Below are positions 63,967-64,000 of a stretch of 64,000 nucleotides of DNA, piece by piece. The notes beneath the pieces were generated by a model, which was not told where the DNA came from, did no database searches, and saw only the letters and a list, made by a program, of their open reading frames with translations. The DNA is from Candidatus Sericytochromatia bacterium (GTDB lineage Bacteria; Cyanobacteriota; Sericytochromatia; UBA7694), in NCBI GenBank assembly GCA_050248915.1, contig JBFWRL010000001.1:68218-132217 (forward strand). Reading direction: 5' to 3'. The position numbers were made by a program, and so were the translations under genes. How positions within the stretch are numbered: the stretch's first letter is position 1; each line of letters opens with the position of its first letter.

Positions 63967-64000
63967 GATCTAGCGCCGTAAAAACAACAACCGCGAGCCA

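Noticed and set aside
1-64000. tRNA, rRNA and CRISPR scan by eye (T-loop GGTTCGAATCC-like signatures, regularly spaced direct repeats)
   Set aside because: None found. Intergenic regions are short except 39475-39823, 34499-34686 and 61493-61707, and none of these shows a cloverleaf or repeat-spacer structure.

Overview
This is a 64-kb, densely coded bacterial chromosomal segment, moderately GC-rich (mid-to-high 50s % by eye) with a codon style rich in TTG/CAA/AAA/TTT, and about 55 protein-coding genes on both strands. I could not recognise any rRNA, tRNA or CRISPR array by eye. The envelope looks diderm: there are lipobox lipoproteins, a predicted outer-membrane beta-barrel, an MCE/MlaD protein, an L,D-transpeptidase, an Amidase_2/PGRP-like amidase and an SLH-domain protein.

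Gene content falls into four groups:
- Envelope and glycosylation: two large TPR-glycosyltransferase fusions, a GT4 transferase, a phosphodiester glycosidase, a two-HKD phospholipase-D-family lipoprotein, and an FkbM methyltransferase / ATP-grasp / NAD-epimerase operon beside a Pro/Thr-rich Big_2 lipoprotein.
- Housekeeping: coaE, mdh, FAD-dependent glpD, a lipid kinase, a punA-like phosphorylase, a Sir2 deacylase, holA, and a cdaA whose product is fused to a YbbR-like (CdaR-type) module.
- Signalling: a hybrid PAS histidine kinase-REC-Hpt protein, a HisKA_2 PAS kinase, a eukaryotic-like Ser/Thr kinase with a C-terminal propeller, an ECF sigma/anti-sigma pair and an EF-hand lipoprotein.
- Mobile or addiction-type content: a yefM-yoeB toxin-antitoxin pair with a recognisable GTAC-core operator, next to an AT-rich lipoprotein gene.

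The most unusual items are:
- A stand-alone flhA/sctV-family type III export-gate gene behind a 350-nt non-coding leader, with no other flagellar or injectisome genes nearby.
- A 1382-aa protein combining three beta-propellers (one YVTN-like, two NHL-like), a zinc ribbon and an unknown C-terminal domain, translationally coupled to a small DUF4286-like ORF.
- A G11 homopolymer inside the anti-sigma-factor reading frame, and a (TAGA)5 repeat inside the first codons of a subtilisin-like lipoprotein gene. Both are potential slipped-strand switches.
- A glycine-zipper protein paired with a YbjN-like protein.

I have no single decisive candidate for an undescribed system in this window. Family names for poorly characterised domains (DUF4286, DUF4349, DUF2490, DUF3592, DUF192, AtpZ) are recalled from memory and need HMM confirmation.
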